A DNA stretch of 61,897 nucleotides from Fibrobacteria bacterium (GTDB lineage: Bacteria; Fibrobacterota; Fibrobacteria; UBA11236). Shown piece by piece: positions 44,478 through 53,921 of this stretch. Each line of letters opens with the position of its first letter. Position 1 is the first letter of the stretch. Where the stretch lies: NCBI GenBank assembly GCA_021155885.1, contig JAJNBB010000010.1:1-61897 (forward strand). The letters are read 5' to 3'. Below the pieces are notes generated by a model that had not been told where the DNA came from, did not search any database, and worked only from the letters and a program-made list of their open reading frames with translations. Position numbers and translations under genes: made by a program.

Positions 44478-44891
44478 TTTTTTTGCCGAAGGTGTGAAGC
44501 CGCTTTGAAGCGGGCGCGTCATTCACCACGCTCCCGGAGGAACCGAGCAGCGATTCGTGACCGTATTGATGCAAAATCAGTAGGGTATCGAGCTGGCCGA
44601 ACGGCGGCCCGCGTTGCTCTTTTGTTTTTGGTTCCAGCTACCCTAAAGGCCTCAAAAACGAAGAAACAGCCTTTTGAGCTTCGTTCCTAGGGATTAATAA
44701 TCGCTTATCATTCTAATACTGCCGTGATTTCTTCCCGTATCGTGGAATAGCATGGCTTAATGGTCCTATCGGGTTATGGCTTGGCATTATTACCGATTTC
44801 TTTGCTATTTAGTCAAGATGAGGGAAAAGCCTAAAAACCGTGCCGAGGCAACCCTCCTGTTGAACGTTCCTTCCGAACGCAGTGGTTCGCA

Positions 44892-45335
44892 ATGATCCGG
44901 ACGATCGGCACAAGGGACCTGGCCGAACGCCTGATAGCCTATGAGGCGAGGACAAGCAAACCCTCAAAAAAGACCGGCCCCGGAACGAATTTCTCCCCGT
45001 TCGAAAAGCTTCGCCCGCATCTGGCGACCCTGATGGGCAATGCGGGCTTCCACGCGCTTCTTGCGCGCGCCTGCACGTTGGCGGGCCCGGAAGTCGCCTG
45101 GCTGCGCGAAATCAAAGTCGAGGCCGACGGATCCCTGGAAGGCCTGGGCAAACTCGAATCGCGATGGGGCCCGAAGGCGATTACCGAGGGAAAAATCGTG
45201 CTCCTCGCGCAATTGCTCGGGCTGCTGGTGGCTTTCATCGGTGAAGTTTTAACGCTGCATTTGGTGCGCGAGGCGTGGCCGAAGCTGCCCCTCGATGCAT
45301 TGGACTTCGGCAGAGGAAATAAAAATGAAACGTAA
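44892..45335 (+). CDS. Hypothetical protein, translationally coupled to kaiC
   Basis: 147-aa ORF whose stop overlaps the kaiC start by 11 nt. No family recognised. Confidence 0.5.
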   Translation: MIRTIGTRDLAERLIAYEARTSKPSKKTGPGTNFSPFEKLRPHLATLMGNAGFHALLARACTLAGPEVAWLREIKVEADGSLEGLGKLESRWGPKAITEGKIVLLAQLLGLLVAFIGEVLTLHLVREAWPKLPLDALDFGRGNKNET

Positions 45336-46893
45336 AAGCGGCGCGGCTTCACGCAAGGCAGAAAAAAAGAACCCGGGCCAGCCGGCCAAGGTCACGATCC
45401 GCAAGCTGCCGACCGGCGTGCGCGGCCTGGACGACATCCTCGGCGGCGGCATCCCGGAATTCTCCTTCAACATTATCGCGGGCACGCCCGGTTGCGGCAA
45501 AACCACCCTGGCCCATCAGATCGTCTTCGCCAACGCCACCGTGAAAAAACCCGCGCTTTACTTCACCGTCCTGGGCGAACCCGCGATGAAAATGCTGCGT
45601 TATCAGCAGCAGTACTCCTTTTTCGACGCCTCCAAGCTGGGCGCCGCCATCCGCTTCATCAACCTGGCGGACGTGGTGCTGGAACAAGATCTGAACACCG
45701 TCTTCGAGGAGATCACCAAACAGGTGACGGCGATCGGTCCCGCCTTCGTGGTGGTGGATTCCTTCCGCACCGTGGTGCGCAGGATGGCGGCCGGCGCGAG
45801 TGAAGTGGAAATGCAGTCCTTCATTCAACGTCTCGCCCAGTTTCTCACCAGCTGGCAGGCCACCACCTTCCTGGTCGGGGAATACGTGCAGGAGGAGGTT
45901 CGGGACAATCCGGTCTTCACCATCGCCGACGGCCTTCTGTGGCTTTCGCAAGTGCCCGAAAGAAATTCCGTGGTGCGAAAACTGCAGATCATGAAACTGC
46001 GCGGGCAGGCCTCGGTGCCGGGACTGCACACCATCCGCATTTCCGATGGCGGCCTGCAGGCATTCTCGCGCACCCTGGGATTCGTGCGCAAAATGTCAAG
46101 CCCGTCCAGACGGCGGAGGCTTTCCACCGGAATTCCCGAGCTGGACAAGATGATGGGCGGCGGCATCCGTGAAGGAGACAGCCTCCTCGTGGCCGGACCC
46201 TCGGGAACGGGGAAATCGGCGCTGGCCTCGCAGTTCATCGCCGAGGGAATTCGCAAGGGAGAGCCGGGAATCCTGGCGCTTTTCGAGGAACGTCCGCGGG
46301 GCTATACCGACCGCGCCGACAGCTTCGGCTTGAACCTTAAGACGCCGCAGGAAAAAGGAAGCCTGGAGATCCTTTACCTGCGCCCGCTCGACCTTTCGGT
46401 GGACGAGACCATGCAGGAGATTTTGGACGCCATCGACAGAATCGGGGCGAAACGGCTCGCGATCGATTCGCTGGTCGGCTTCGAAATGGCGCTGGCGCCC
46501 GGGTTCCGCGCGGATTTCCGCGAGTCCCTCTACCGGATGATCGTTGCGCTGACCGGCGCCGGAGTCACCATCGTGAGCACCGTCGAGGTCGAGGATACTT
46601 TCACCGCGCTGCCCTTCAGCCACTACGCCATCTCGTTCCTCACCGACGACATCATCCGCATGCGTTACGTCGAGATCGACGGGCAACTTCGGAAAATCAT
46701 TGTCGTCATCAAGATGCGCGGCGGCAATCATAGCAAGGACATTCGGGAGTATATCATCACGGACAAGGGTTTGGTCGTCATCCTGCCGCGCGTCACCCAA
46801 TATGACGGGTTGATCACGGGAATCCCCACGCGCGCCGGCCCCCGCCCGCCGCAAAAGGATGAACCCGCGCCGGAACCGAAGGCGAAGAAGTAG
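45325..46893 (+). CDS. kaiC: KaiC-family double RecA-like ATPase
   Basis: CI domain (TGVRGLDDILGGGIPEFSFNIIAGTPGCGKTT) and CII domain (TGIPELDKMMGGGIREGDSLLVAGPSGTGKSA), plus the C-terminal KMRGGNHSKDIREYIITDKGL. Confidence 0.85.
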   Translation: MKRKSGAASRKAEKKNPGQPAKVTIRKLPTGVRGLDDILGGGIPEFSFNIIAGTPGCGKTTLAHQIVFANATVKKPALYFTVLGEPAMKMLRYQQQYSFFDASKLGAAIRFINLADVVLEQDLNTVFEEITKQVTAIGPAFVVVDSFRTVVRRMAAGASEVEMQSFIQRLAQFLTSWQATTFLVGEYVQEEVRDNPVFTIADGLLWLSQVPERNSVVRKLQIMKLRGQASVPGLHTIRISDGGLQAFSRTLGFVRKMSSPSRRRRLSTGIPELDKMMGGGIREGDSLLVAGPSGTGKSALASQFIAEGIRKGEPGILALFEERPRGYTDRADSFGLNLKTPQEKGSLEILYLRPLDLSVDETMQEILDAIDRIGAKRLAIDSLVGFEMALAPGFRADFRESLYRMIVALTGAGVTIVSTVEVEDTFTALPFSHYAISFLTDDIIRMRYVEIDGQLRKIIVVIKMRGGNHSKDIREYIITDKGLVVILPRVTQYDGLITGIPTRAGPRPPQKDEPAPEPKAKK

Positions 46894-46906
46894 AAACCAT
46901 GCCCCC

Positions 46907-48235
46907 ATGAACGCCCGCGACGAACTTTCCGAAAAGATGCGGGCGATGAATGAAGCCCTGCTGCTGGGATCGTTGCGCCAGCATGAACTTGCCGAGGCGG
47001 CCGAGAATCTGAACGCGCAACTGCGAATGGAAATCGCCGAACGCGAGCAGATCCAGGCGGCGTTGCGCGAAACCGAGGGACGTTTCCGCACCCTGTTCGA
47101 GCTGGGCCCCGCGGCGATCCAAACCTGCGACGCTTCGGGCGCCATCCGGGATTTCAACCGCCGCGCGGTGGAGCTATGGGGGCGGGAGCCGGTGCCCGGC
47201 GGCGAAGAGCGATTTTGCGGATCATTCAAGTTGTTCCGGCCGGACGGCCGCCCTATGGGTCACGAGCAATGCCCGATGGCCAAGGTGATCTCCGGCGAAA
47301 CCCCGGCGGTGACCGACGGGGAGGTGCTCATCGAGCGGCCCGACGGCTCGCGCATTTCCGTTATCGTGAATATCAAGCCCCTAAAAAACGAGCGAGGAGA
47401 AATCACGGGGGCCATCAACTGCTTTTACGACATCACCGGGCGCAAACTGGAAGAAGAGGTGCGGCGGCGATTGGAGGTGCTAGGCGCCTCCAACCGGAAG
47501 CTGGAACAGGAGATTGTCCACCGTGAGGCCGTGGAGGAAACCCTTCGAAAGAGCGAGAAGCATCAAAAACAGGTGCAGGAACGCATGAAGCAATTAGCCC
47601 ATCAGGTCCTGCACGCCCAAGAGGAGGAACGCTTGCGCATCAGCCGCGACCTGCATGATCAAATCGCCCAAACCTTGATCGGCATCAACGTCCGGCTCGC
47701 CTTATTGACCAAGGGAACGGAGGTTCCGGGTCCGGATTTTCGAAGGCAGCTTAGGCTCACCCAACGTCTCGTGAAAAAATCGGTGGAGATCGTGGCCCAG
47801 TTTTCGCACGATCTGCGCCCGACCCTCCTGGACGATCTGGGCCTGATTCCGACCTTGCACACTTTTTTGAAAAGGTTCATGCGGGATACCGGCATCCGCG
47901 CCAGCCTCGTTGTTTTCGCGGAGGTGGAAAAGCTGGACCACAACCTGCTTACGGTTCTGTATCGCGTCGCTCAGGAAGCGCTCAATAACGTCATTCGACA
48001 CGCGAAAGCCAACGCCGTGGAAATAAACATCCAAAAGGTATCCGGCCAGATTTACATGACCATCAAGGACAATGGCGAGGGCTTCAAGACGGACACCTTG
48101 CACAAGGCGAAGGGAAAACGTCTCGGATTGGTCGGCATGCAAGAGCGCCTGGAAATGATCGGGGGCACTTTCGACATTCGGTGCGCGGACGGGCGGGGGA
48201 CCACCGTGACGGCTAAAATTCCACTCGCGGATTAA
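46907..48235 (+). CDS. PAS-domain HisKA_3 histidine kinase
   Basis: Coiled coil, PAS domain (FRTLFELGPAAIQTCDASGAI...), H-box ISRDLHDQIAQTL and HATPase_c. Starts 14 nt after the kaiC stop. Confidence 0.85.
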   Translation: MNARDELSEKMRAMNEALLLGSLRQHELAEAAENLNAQLRMEIAEREQIQAALRETEGRFRTLFELGPAAIQTCDASGAIRDFNRRAVELWGREPVPGGEERFCGSFKLFRPDGRPMGHEQCPMAKVISGETPAVTDGEVLIERPDGSRISVIVNIKPLKNERGEITGAINCFYDITGRKLEEEVRRRLEVLGASNRKLEQEIVHREAVEETLRKSEKHQKQVQERMKQLAHQVLHAQEEERLRISRDLHDQIAQTLIGINVRLALLTKGTEVPGPDFRRQLRLTQRLVKKSVEIVAQFSHDLRPTLLDDLGLIPTLHTFLKRFMRDTGIRASLVVFAEVEKLDHNLLTVLYRVAQEALNNVIRHAKANAVEINIQKVSGQIYMTIKDNGEGFKTDTLHKAKGKRLGLVGMQERLEMIGGTFDIRCADGRGTTVTAKIPLAD

Positions 48236-48254
48236 TTGGGAACGCCGCCCGGCT

Positions 48255-48608
48255 CTATTTGAGTTTTTTCTTTCGGGAAACCGCGGCCTTCGCCCGGCCG
48301 TTATAATCCAGGGCCCTACCGACCCACCCCGCCAATTCCTTGTCGGACTTCGTTCCGGCGGGCCCGACGAAGACAAATCCCTTCATCGGTCTTCCGGTAA
48401 AATCCATCTCCCGGCAGCCTTTCCGCTTCAAGGCTTGATCATGCAGGTCGGGATCGATGCGCGCCATGAGGTCATCCCCCAGAATGCCGACGCACATTTT
48501 TCCGTTCACCATGTAGGTCAATCCGCCCATCATTTTTTTGGCCTCGACTTTCAGGCCTTTTCCAAAAATCCGGCGAACGCGGTCCGCCAGGATTTCGTTG
48601 TATGCCAT
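48255..48608 (-). CDS. TfoX N-terminal domain family protein
   Basis: LADRVRRIF...VEAKKMMGGLTYMVNGKMCVGI...LMARIDP pattern. Confidence 0.75.
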   Translation of the reverse strand: MAYNEILADRVRRIFGKGLKVEAKKMMGGLTYMVNGKMCVGILGDDLMARIDPDLHDQALKRKGCREMDFTGRPMKGFVFVGPAGTKSDKELAGWVGRALDYNGRAKAAVSRKKKLK

Positions 48609-48638
48609 ATTCGCCCCCGATTAAATGCCACCTTCAAT

Positions 48639-48656
48639 GTAGTTGCAGTTTGCAAG
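48639..48656. promoter_or_regulatory. Operator-like 18-mer GTAGTTGCAGTTTGCAAG (inverted copy of 49326-49343)
   Basis: Its reverse complement CTTGCAAACTGCAACTAC is 17/18 identical to CTTGCAAATTGCAACTAC at 49326-49343. Lies 22 nt upstream of the hxlR-type gene. Confidence 0.5.
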
Positions 48657-48677
48657 CCATTTGTGTATACTAAAACC

Positions 48678-49139
48678 ATGGGAAAGGCGCTACACGACTG
48701 CCGGCATTCGGGATGCGGCCTGGCCTACAGCCTGGATATTTTCGGCGACAAATGGACACTCATTATCGTTCGTGACATGGTCATGGGGGGCAAGCGCCAT
48801 TTCGGCGAGTTCATGGCCTCCCCGGAAAAAATGGCGAGCAACATTCTGTCCGATCGCCTGAAGCGCCTCGAAGAATCCTGCATCGTCTCCAGGACCCAGG
48901 ATCCCGCGAACGAATCGAAGTTCATTTACGAGCTCACCCCGAAGGGGAAGGAACTAATTCCGCTGGTCCTCGACCTCCTTGTTTGGGGCTCCCGGCATGA
49001 CCCGAATTCCAATACCCCCGCGGCGCTTCTGCGCTGGCTCAATAAAGACCGTGATGGGGCGATCAAGGCCATACTCAAGTCCCTGAAGGATAAAGAGTCC
49101 TTCGTTCACGCCTACGGATTCGCGCCCAAGGTTTCCTAA
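48678..49139 (+). CDS. HxlR-family transcriptional regulator
   Basis: CGLAYSLDIFGDKWTLIIVRDM...FGEF...ASNILSDRLKRLEESCIVSR...YELTPKGKEL pattern. Start at ATG 48678. Confidence 0.85.
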   Translation: MGKALHDCRHSGCGLAYSLDIFGDKWTLIIVRDMVMGGKRHFGEFMASPEKMASNILSDRLKRLEESCIVSRTQDPANESKFIYELTPKGKELIPLVLDLLVWGSRHDPNSNTPAALLRWLNKDRDGAIKAILKSLKDKESFVHAYGFAPKVS

Positions 49140-49294
49140 AAGCTCCTACGACTTCCTGGATCGCCGCTTTTCGTATCCTCGTTTCTCCCCTTCCCTGAAA
49201 AAAATCGTTCCGTTTTAAAACGCGATCTTCCGAACCGGGGAGGAATCGCGGTTTAAGACCTTGCGAAAAAATTCCCGCTTCGCGAAAAAAAGGA

Positions 49295-49343
49295 CTTGCA
49301 ACTTGCAATTCGATTACCTAATCTACTTGCAAATTGCAACTAC
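49295..49343. promoter_or_regulatory. TTGCAA-rich operator-like elements upstream of the MMPL gene
   Basis: CTTGCAACTTGCAA at 49295-49308 and CTTGCAAATTGCAACTAC at 49326-49343, abutting the AAGGAGG RBS. Confidence 0.5.
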
Positions 49344-49354
49344 AAGGAGGCATC

Positions 49355-51754
49355 GTGGGCGATAGAAAAGCGTTTTTGGCTCGATATGCGGAGTGGACCA
49401 TCCGGCACAGGAAAAGCGTGATCGTGGCGGTTCTGCTCGTCACCGCGTTCCTGATCACCCGTTTGGGCCACCTGCAAATAGACAGTAATCCCGACCTGTG
49501 GGCGCCGCAAAAGCACCCCTATGTCGTGACGACGAATCGCATCGAAAAGATCTTTGGCGGACGGAACGTAACCGTCATCGCCGTCGTGCCCAAGCAGGGG
49601 GACATCTACCAGCCCTTCGTCCTGGCGAAGATCAAGCGCCTCCAGGACAAGATCGAGCTCTTGCCCCACGCGGTCCGGCACAACATCACGAGCCTGGCGG
49701 CGAACAAGGTGAAGGTGATCAAGGGCACCGAGGAGGGCATGGAGGTCCGGCCCATGCTGGAGAAGGTCCCCGAAACGCCCGAGGAAATGGAAAAGTTCAG
49801 GGCGGAGGTAGGCTCCATGCCGGTCTACAAGAACGCCCTCGTTTCGGCCGACCAGAGAGCGGCCGCCGTGATCGCGGATTTCAAGCAGGACTCGACCACC
49901 CCGAATTTCATCGCCATGAACGCGGGGCTTCGGAAAATCGTGGAGGAAGAGCGAGACGGTTCGGTGGACATTTACATGGCCGGGCTTCCCATCATCGGCG
50001 AGGCGGCTGATCGCGAGTTCATGAAAATGCCGATTTTCTTCGGCCTCGCGCTTCTCGTCATCATGCTGATTCAATTCTGGTCGTTCCGAAGCGTCCAGGG
50101 AATGATCCTGCCCATGGTGACGGGAATACTCAGCGTCCTTTGGAGCCTGGGCCTCATGGGCCTGTTCAATGTGCACCTGGACCCGCTGAACACGACGACG
50201 CCCATTTTGATCATGGCGATCGCCGCCGGCCATGCCATTCAGATTCTCAAGCGGTATTACGAGGAGTACGGCCGGCTGGTGGCGCAGGGACTCGACCCCA
50301 AGGCGGCGAACCAGGCCGCGGTGATCGAGTCCATGGTACGCGTCGGCCCGGTCATGGCGGTCGCCGGAGCGATCGCCGCGATCACCTTTTTCTCCCTGGC
50401 GGGATCGGGCGTTTCGATGGTGCAACATTTCGGGATCTTCGCCGGCTTTGGGGTGCTCTCGGCCCTGGTACTCGAAATGACGATCATTCCCGCGGTACGC
50501 TCCCTCCTTCGTCCTCCCCGGAAACATGAAACGGCTCGCGAAAGCAAGGTCGGGGTTCTGGATAGAATCCTGACCACCCTCGCGAATAACCTCGTGGGAG
50601 GCCGGGCCCCCTGGTTCGTGGGCGGCGGCTTGGCGGCCATCGTCCTGATCGGGGCCGGTGTTTTCTTCCTGCGCGTCGATAACAACTTCAGACTGTACCA
50701 CAAACCCAGCAGTGAAGTGAGGGTGCACGACAAAATCCTGAACGAAAAGTTCGGCGGCACGAACTCCATTCAGTTCCTGATTCAAACGCCCGGCCAGGAC
50801 GGCATTAAGGATCCGGCCGTGCTGCAGGCCATGGACAAGCTGCAAACCTTCCTGGATCGCCAGCCCACGGTCGGGAAGACCCAATCGCTGGCCGACATGA
50901 TGAAGCGAATGAACCAGGCCATGCATGCCGACGACCCGAAGTACTACGTGATACCGGAGAGCCGCGATCTCATCGCCCAATACCTTTTCTTGTATTCGAC
51001 TTCGGGCGGCCCGCAGGATTTTGAAAGCTTCGTCGACAACGACTACCGAAGCGCGTCCGTCTGGGTCTACCTGAAGGACGACGGCACGACGAACGCCGAC
51101 CGCATCGCGAAAGCGGCGCAGGTGGTGATCCGCGAAAACTTCCCGCCGGGCGTCACGGTGCAAATGGGCGGAAGCCTGGGACAGGTCATCGCCCTCAACG
51201 ACGTCATCGTCCAGGACAAGACCAAAAACATGGTGCAAATGGCGATCGTGGTGTTCCTCCTGGGAGCCTTGGTGTTCCGCTCCCTGGTCGGAGGCCTCTT
51301 CGTCGTGATCCCGCTGTTCGCCGTCATGCTGACCAATTTCGGCCTCATGGGCTGGCTGGGCACTCCGCTCGACATCACGGCGATGTCCACGGCCGCCATG
51401 GCCATCGGCATCGGGGCCGACTATGAGATTTATCTCCTGTTCCGGTTCAGGGAGGAGTTGAAACGCACCGGGGATGTACTGGCGGCCACGCGAAACTCGA
51501 TGCTGACCTCCGGAAAGGCGATTTTGTTCGTCGCGATCTCGGTTTTCGGAGGCTACGCGGTCCTGCAGATGTCGAGTTTCGCGTTCTACAACCAGCTCTC
51601 GAACATGGTCACGGCCACCATGGTGATCAGCGCCTTCATCGCCCTGTTCTTCCTGCGGGCGCTCATGATGGTTTTTAAGCCGAAATTCATCTTCGGGGAG
51701 CAAAGAGAAGCCCTTTTCCTTAAAGCACGGCAAGCCGTGAGAGGTGACGTATGA
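49355..51754 (+). CDS. MMPL/RND-superfamily exporter
   Basis: ~800 aa with two 6-TM bundles, each preceded by a large periplasmic loop. GTG 49355 lies 5 nt after AAGGAGG. Confidence 0.8.
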   Translation: MGDRKAFLARYAEWTIRHRKSVIVAVLLVTAFLITRLGHLQIDSNPDLWAPQKHPYVVTTNRIEKIFGGRNVTVIAVVPKQGDIYQPFVLAKIKRLQDKIELLPHAVRHNITSLAANKVKVIKGTEEGMEVRPMLEKVPETPEEMEKFRAEVGSMPVYKNALVSADQRAAAVIADFKQDSTTPNFIAMNAGLRKIVEEERDGSVDIYMAGLPIIGEAADREFMKMPIFFGLALLVIMLIQFWSFRSVQGMILPMVTGILSVLWSLGLMGLFNVHLDPLNTTTPILIMAIAAGHAIQILKRYYEEYGRLVAQGLDPKAANQAAVIESMVRVGPVMAVAGAIAAITFFSLAGSGVSMVQHFGIFAGFGVLSALVLEMTIIPAVRSLLRPPRKHETARESKVGVLDRILTTLANNLVGGRAPWFVGGGLAAIVLIGAGVFFLRVDNNFRLYHKPSSEVRVHDKILNEKFGGTNSIQFLIQTPGQDGIKDPAVLQAMDKLQTFLDRQPTVGKTQSLADMMKRMNQAMHADDPKYYVIPESRDLIAQYLFLYSTSGGPQDFESFVDNDYRSASVWVYLKDDGTTNADRIAKAAQVVIRENFPPGVTVQMGGSLGQVIALNDVIVQDKTKNMVQMAIVVFLLGALVFRSLVGGLFVVIPLFAVMLTNFGLMGWLGTPLDITAMSTAAMAIGIGADYEIYLLFRFREELKRTGDVLAATRNSMLTSGKAILFVAISVFGGYAVLQMSSFAFYNQLSNMVTATMVISAFIALFFLRALMMVFKPKFIFGEQREALFLKARQAVRGDV

Positions 51755-52554
51755 AAAGCAAAATCCTGCCTGCGCTCGCTTTGGGCGCGGCCCTGTTCCT
51801 TCCGGGCTCGGCGTCGGCCGAAGCCCCGGATCCGGTCGAAATCATGACGAAGAATTTCTTCGTCTCCAAAGTGTCGGGCTCGAGCCAAACCGTGACCATG
51901 GTCTTGACAACCGGGTCTGGAGAAACCCGGGTCCGCAAAACGACCGGTTATACCAAGCTGCAGAAGAACGGACGGGACAACACCCAGGTTGTCCGGTTTC
52001 TCTCCCCTCCGGACGTGAAGAACGTGGCGAACCTCCTGATCCAGCATTCGGACAGGGACGACGACATCTGGATTTACCTGCCGGCGCTCAAAAAAGTCCG
52101 AAAGATCGTGGCTTCAAACAAGAAAGACAGCTTCGTCGGATCCGACTTCTCCTACGGGGACGTTATTGGCCCGAAGGTCGAAGACTGGAATCACAAGCTC
52201 CTGAAAGAAGGTACCGTCGACGGCGCAAAGGTCTACATCATCGAATCGACCCCGAAGAACGAGGATGTGCGCAGCTCCAGCGGCTATTCGAAGGTGAATT
52301 ATGCGATCCGGCAGGACTGCCATGCCACCGTGAAAGCCGATTACTGGGACCTGGGGGGAAGGCCCTTCAAGACGATTACCTATTCGGACCTCAAGGAAGT
52401 CGATCCCGTCCATCACAAGTGGCTGGCCATGAAGGTCCAGGCGAAAAATCTTCAGACACAGCATCGGACCGACCTTATTTTCGACAGCTACAAACTCGAT
52501 CCCGGCCTGAAGGACGACTATTTCTCAACGCGTTATCTTGAAAAAGAGCAGTAG
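51751..52554 (+). CDS. Outer-membrane lipoprotein-sorting (LolA-like) protein
   Basis: Signal peptide, DDDIWIYLPALKKVRKI...SFVGSDFSYGDV pattern, and a 4-nt overlap with the MMPL gene. Confidence 0.75.
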   Translation: MKSKILPALALGAALFLPGSASAEAPDPVEIMTKNFFVSKVSGSSQTVTMVLTTGSGETRVRKTTGYTKLQKNGRDNTQVVRFLSPPDVKNVANLLIQHSDRDDDIWIYLPALKKVRKIVASNKKDSFVGSDFSYGDVIGPKVEDWNHKLLKEGTVDGAKVYIIESTPKNEDVRSSSGYSKVNYAIRQDCHATVKADYWDLGGRPFKTITYSDLKEVDPVHHKWLAMKVQAKNLQTQHRTDLIFDSYKLDPGLKDDYFSTRYLEKEQ

Positions 52555-52556
52555 CC

Positions 52557-53822
52557 ATGCGGAGCGTCTTACCTTGGACTCCCCTGGCTTTCGCGGCTGC
52601 CTTCGTTTTTGTCCCGGATGCGTGGGGAGATGGAGAGGGTTCCAGTCCTCCCGATCCTCCACGTCCCAGCGGGTCCATTGAAAGCGGCTATTGGTCCGGC
52701 TCGAGAAACCTCGATGACCGGGATAATTTGTGGGTCACGCGCTTCGCCGGGAAATTGGATAGCCGCGTGACCGACTATTTTCGATTTCATCTCGAAGCCA
52801 GAGTCTGGAACCAGAATTCCATGAGCGGTGCTCAGACCAGCCATGGGGAATTCCGGGAGCTCTGGTTTAACCTGGAACTCGATGAATCCACCGAGATTCG
52901 CGCGGGGAAGCAGCTTGTCACCTGGGGACGGGCGGATGGGCTCAATCCGACGGACCTAATCAATCCCAAGGACCTGACCCGCCTGGTCTCCGAAGAGAGC
53001 GACCAGAAGTTGGGCACATGGCTGCTGGGAGGGACCCGGTACTTCGGCCACCTCTCGATCACGGGTCTCTGGATCACGGACTTCGAGCCCTCCGTGTTTC
53101 CCCTTCCCCCGCTGGCGTCCGGGGCGGCCTTGGCCCGGGAACTTCCGGACCATCGCGCCGCGCAAGGCGCCCTGAAGGTGGAAACCACCGGCGGCCGCCT
53201 CGACGCTTCGATTTCCTATTTCGACGGCTACGATCACCTTCCGGATCTCACCTTCTCGGGTTCCACCATCACCCTTTTCTTCCCCCGGATCCGGGTTGTG
53301 GGAGCCGACGCTGCCGGGAATTTGGGCCGGTTTGGGGCGCGAGCGGAAGCCAGCTATACCTTCCAGGACAAGAGCGTGGGCGGTCCCCTGCCTCCACGCC
53401 GAAACGTGCTTTCCGTGGTGGCGGGAGCCGACAGAAGCTTTTTTGAATACTTGAACGTGAACGTTCAATACCTGGGGCGCTATGTCCCGGGATTCAAGGA
53501 TCCTGATGGCATTTCGGATTCCACGACCCGAGAGTTTGCGCATCTGCGTGCGCTCCTGATCCAGGAGCAAGCTCGGATTCAAAACGGGATGTCGGCTCGC
53601 GTGTCTTACAAGTGGCTTCATGAAACCCTCGAAACCGAGGTGAGAGGCGTGACCTGGTTTAAAGGGGGCGATTACCTCCTCTCTCCCCGGGCGAGCTATG
53701 CACTGAGCGACTTTGTGAAGGTCTCCCTCGGGGCCGACTTTTACAACGGACCCGCGAGGTCCATTTTAGGGTTCCAGGAGCGAAACAGCCTGGGCTTCGC
53801 CGAACTGAAGTACGGGTTTTAG
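52557..53822 (+). CDS. Putative outer-membrane beta-barrel protein
   Basis: Signal peptide, alternating beta-strand pattern and C-terminal ...FAELKYGF. Starts 2 nt after the previous stop. Confidence 0.55.
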   Translation: MRSVLPWTPLAFAAAFVFVPDAWGDGEGSSPPDPPRPSGSIESGYWSGSRNLDDRDNLWVTRFAGKLDSRVTDYFRFHLEARVWNQNSMSGAQTSHGEFRELWFNLELDESTEIRAGKQLVTWGRADGLNPTDLINPKDLTRLVSEESDQKLGTWLLGGTRYFGHLSITGLWITDFEPSVFPLPPLASGAALARELPDHRAAQGALKVETTGGRLDASISYFDGYDHLPDLTFSGSTITLFFPRIRVVGADAAGNLGRFGARAEASYTFQDKSVGGPLPPRRNVLSVVAGADRSFFEYLNVNVQYLGRYVPGFKDPDGISDSTTREFAHLRALLIQEQARIQNGMSARVSYKWLHETLETEVRGVTWFKGGDYLLSPRASYALSDFVKVSLGADFYNGPARSILGFQERNSLGFAELKYGF

Positions 53823-53921
53823 ATCTTCTGTTCTTTGAAAACGATTCGATCCCGGAAATCGGCAGGCGGTCACCGCTAGGCTTGCTCCACCTCGCGGCGA
53901 CGCCGAGCACAAGAAAAGGAT

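Noticed and set aside
49340-51733. 797-aa minus-strand ORF.
   Set aside because: It lies antisense to the well-supported MMPL exporter gene. It is rich in His, Arg, Asp and Gly in low-complexity sequence and has no recognisable domain.
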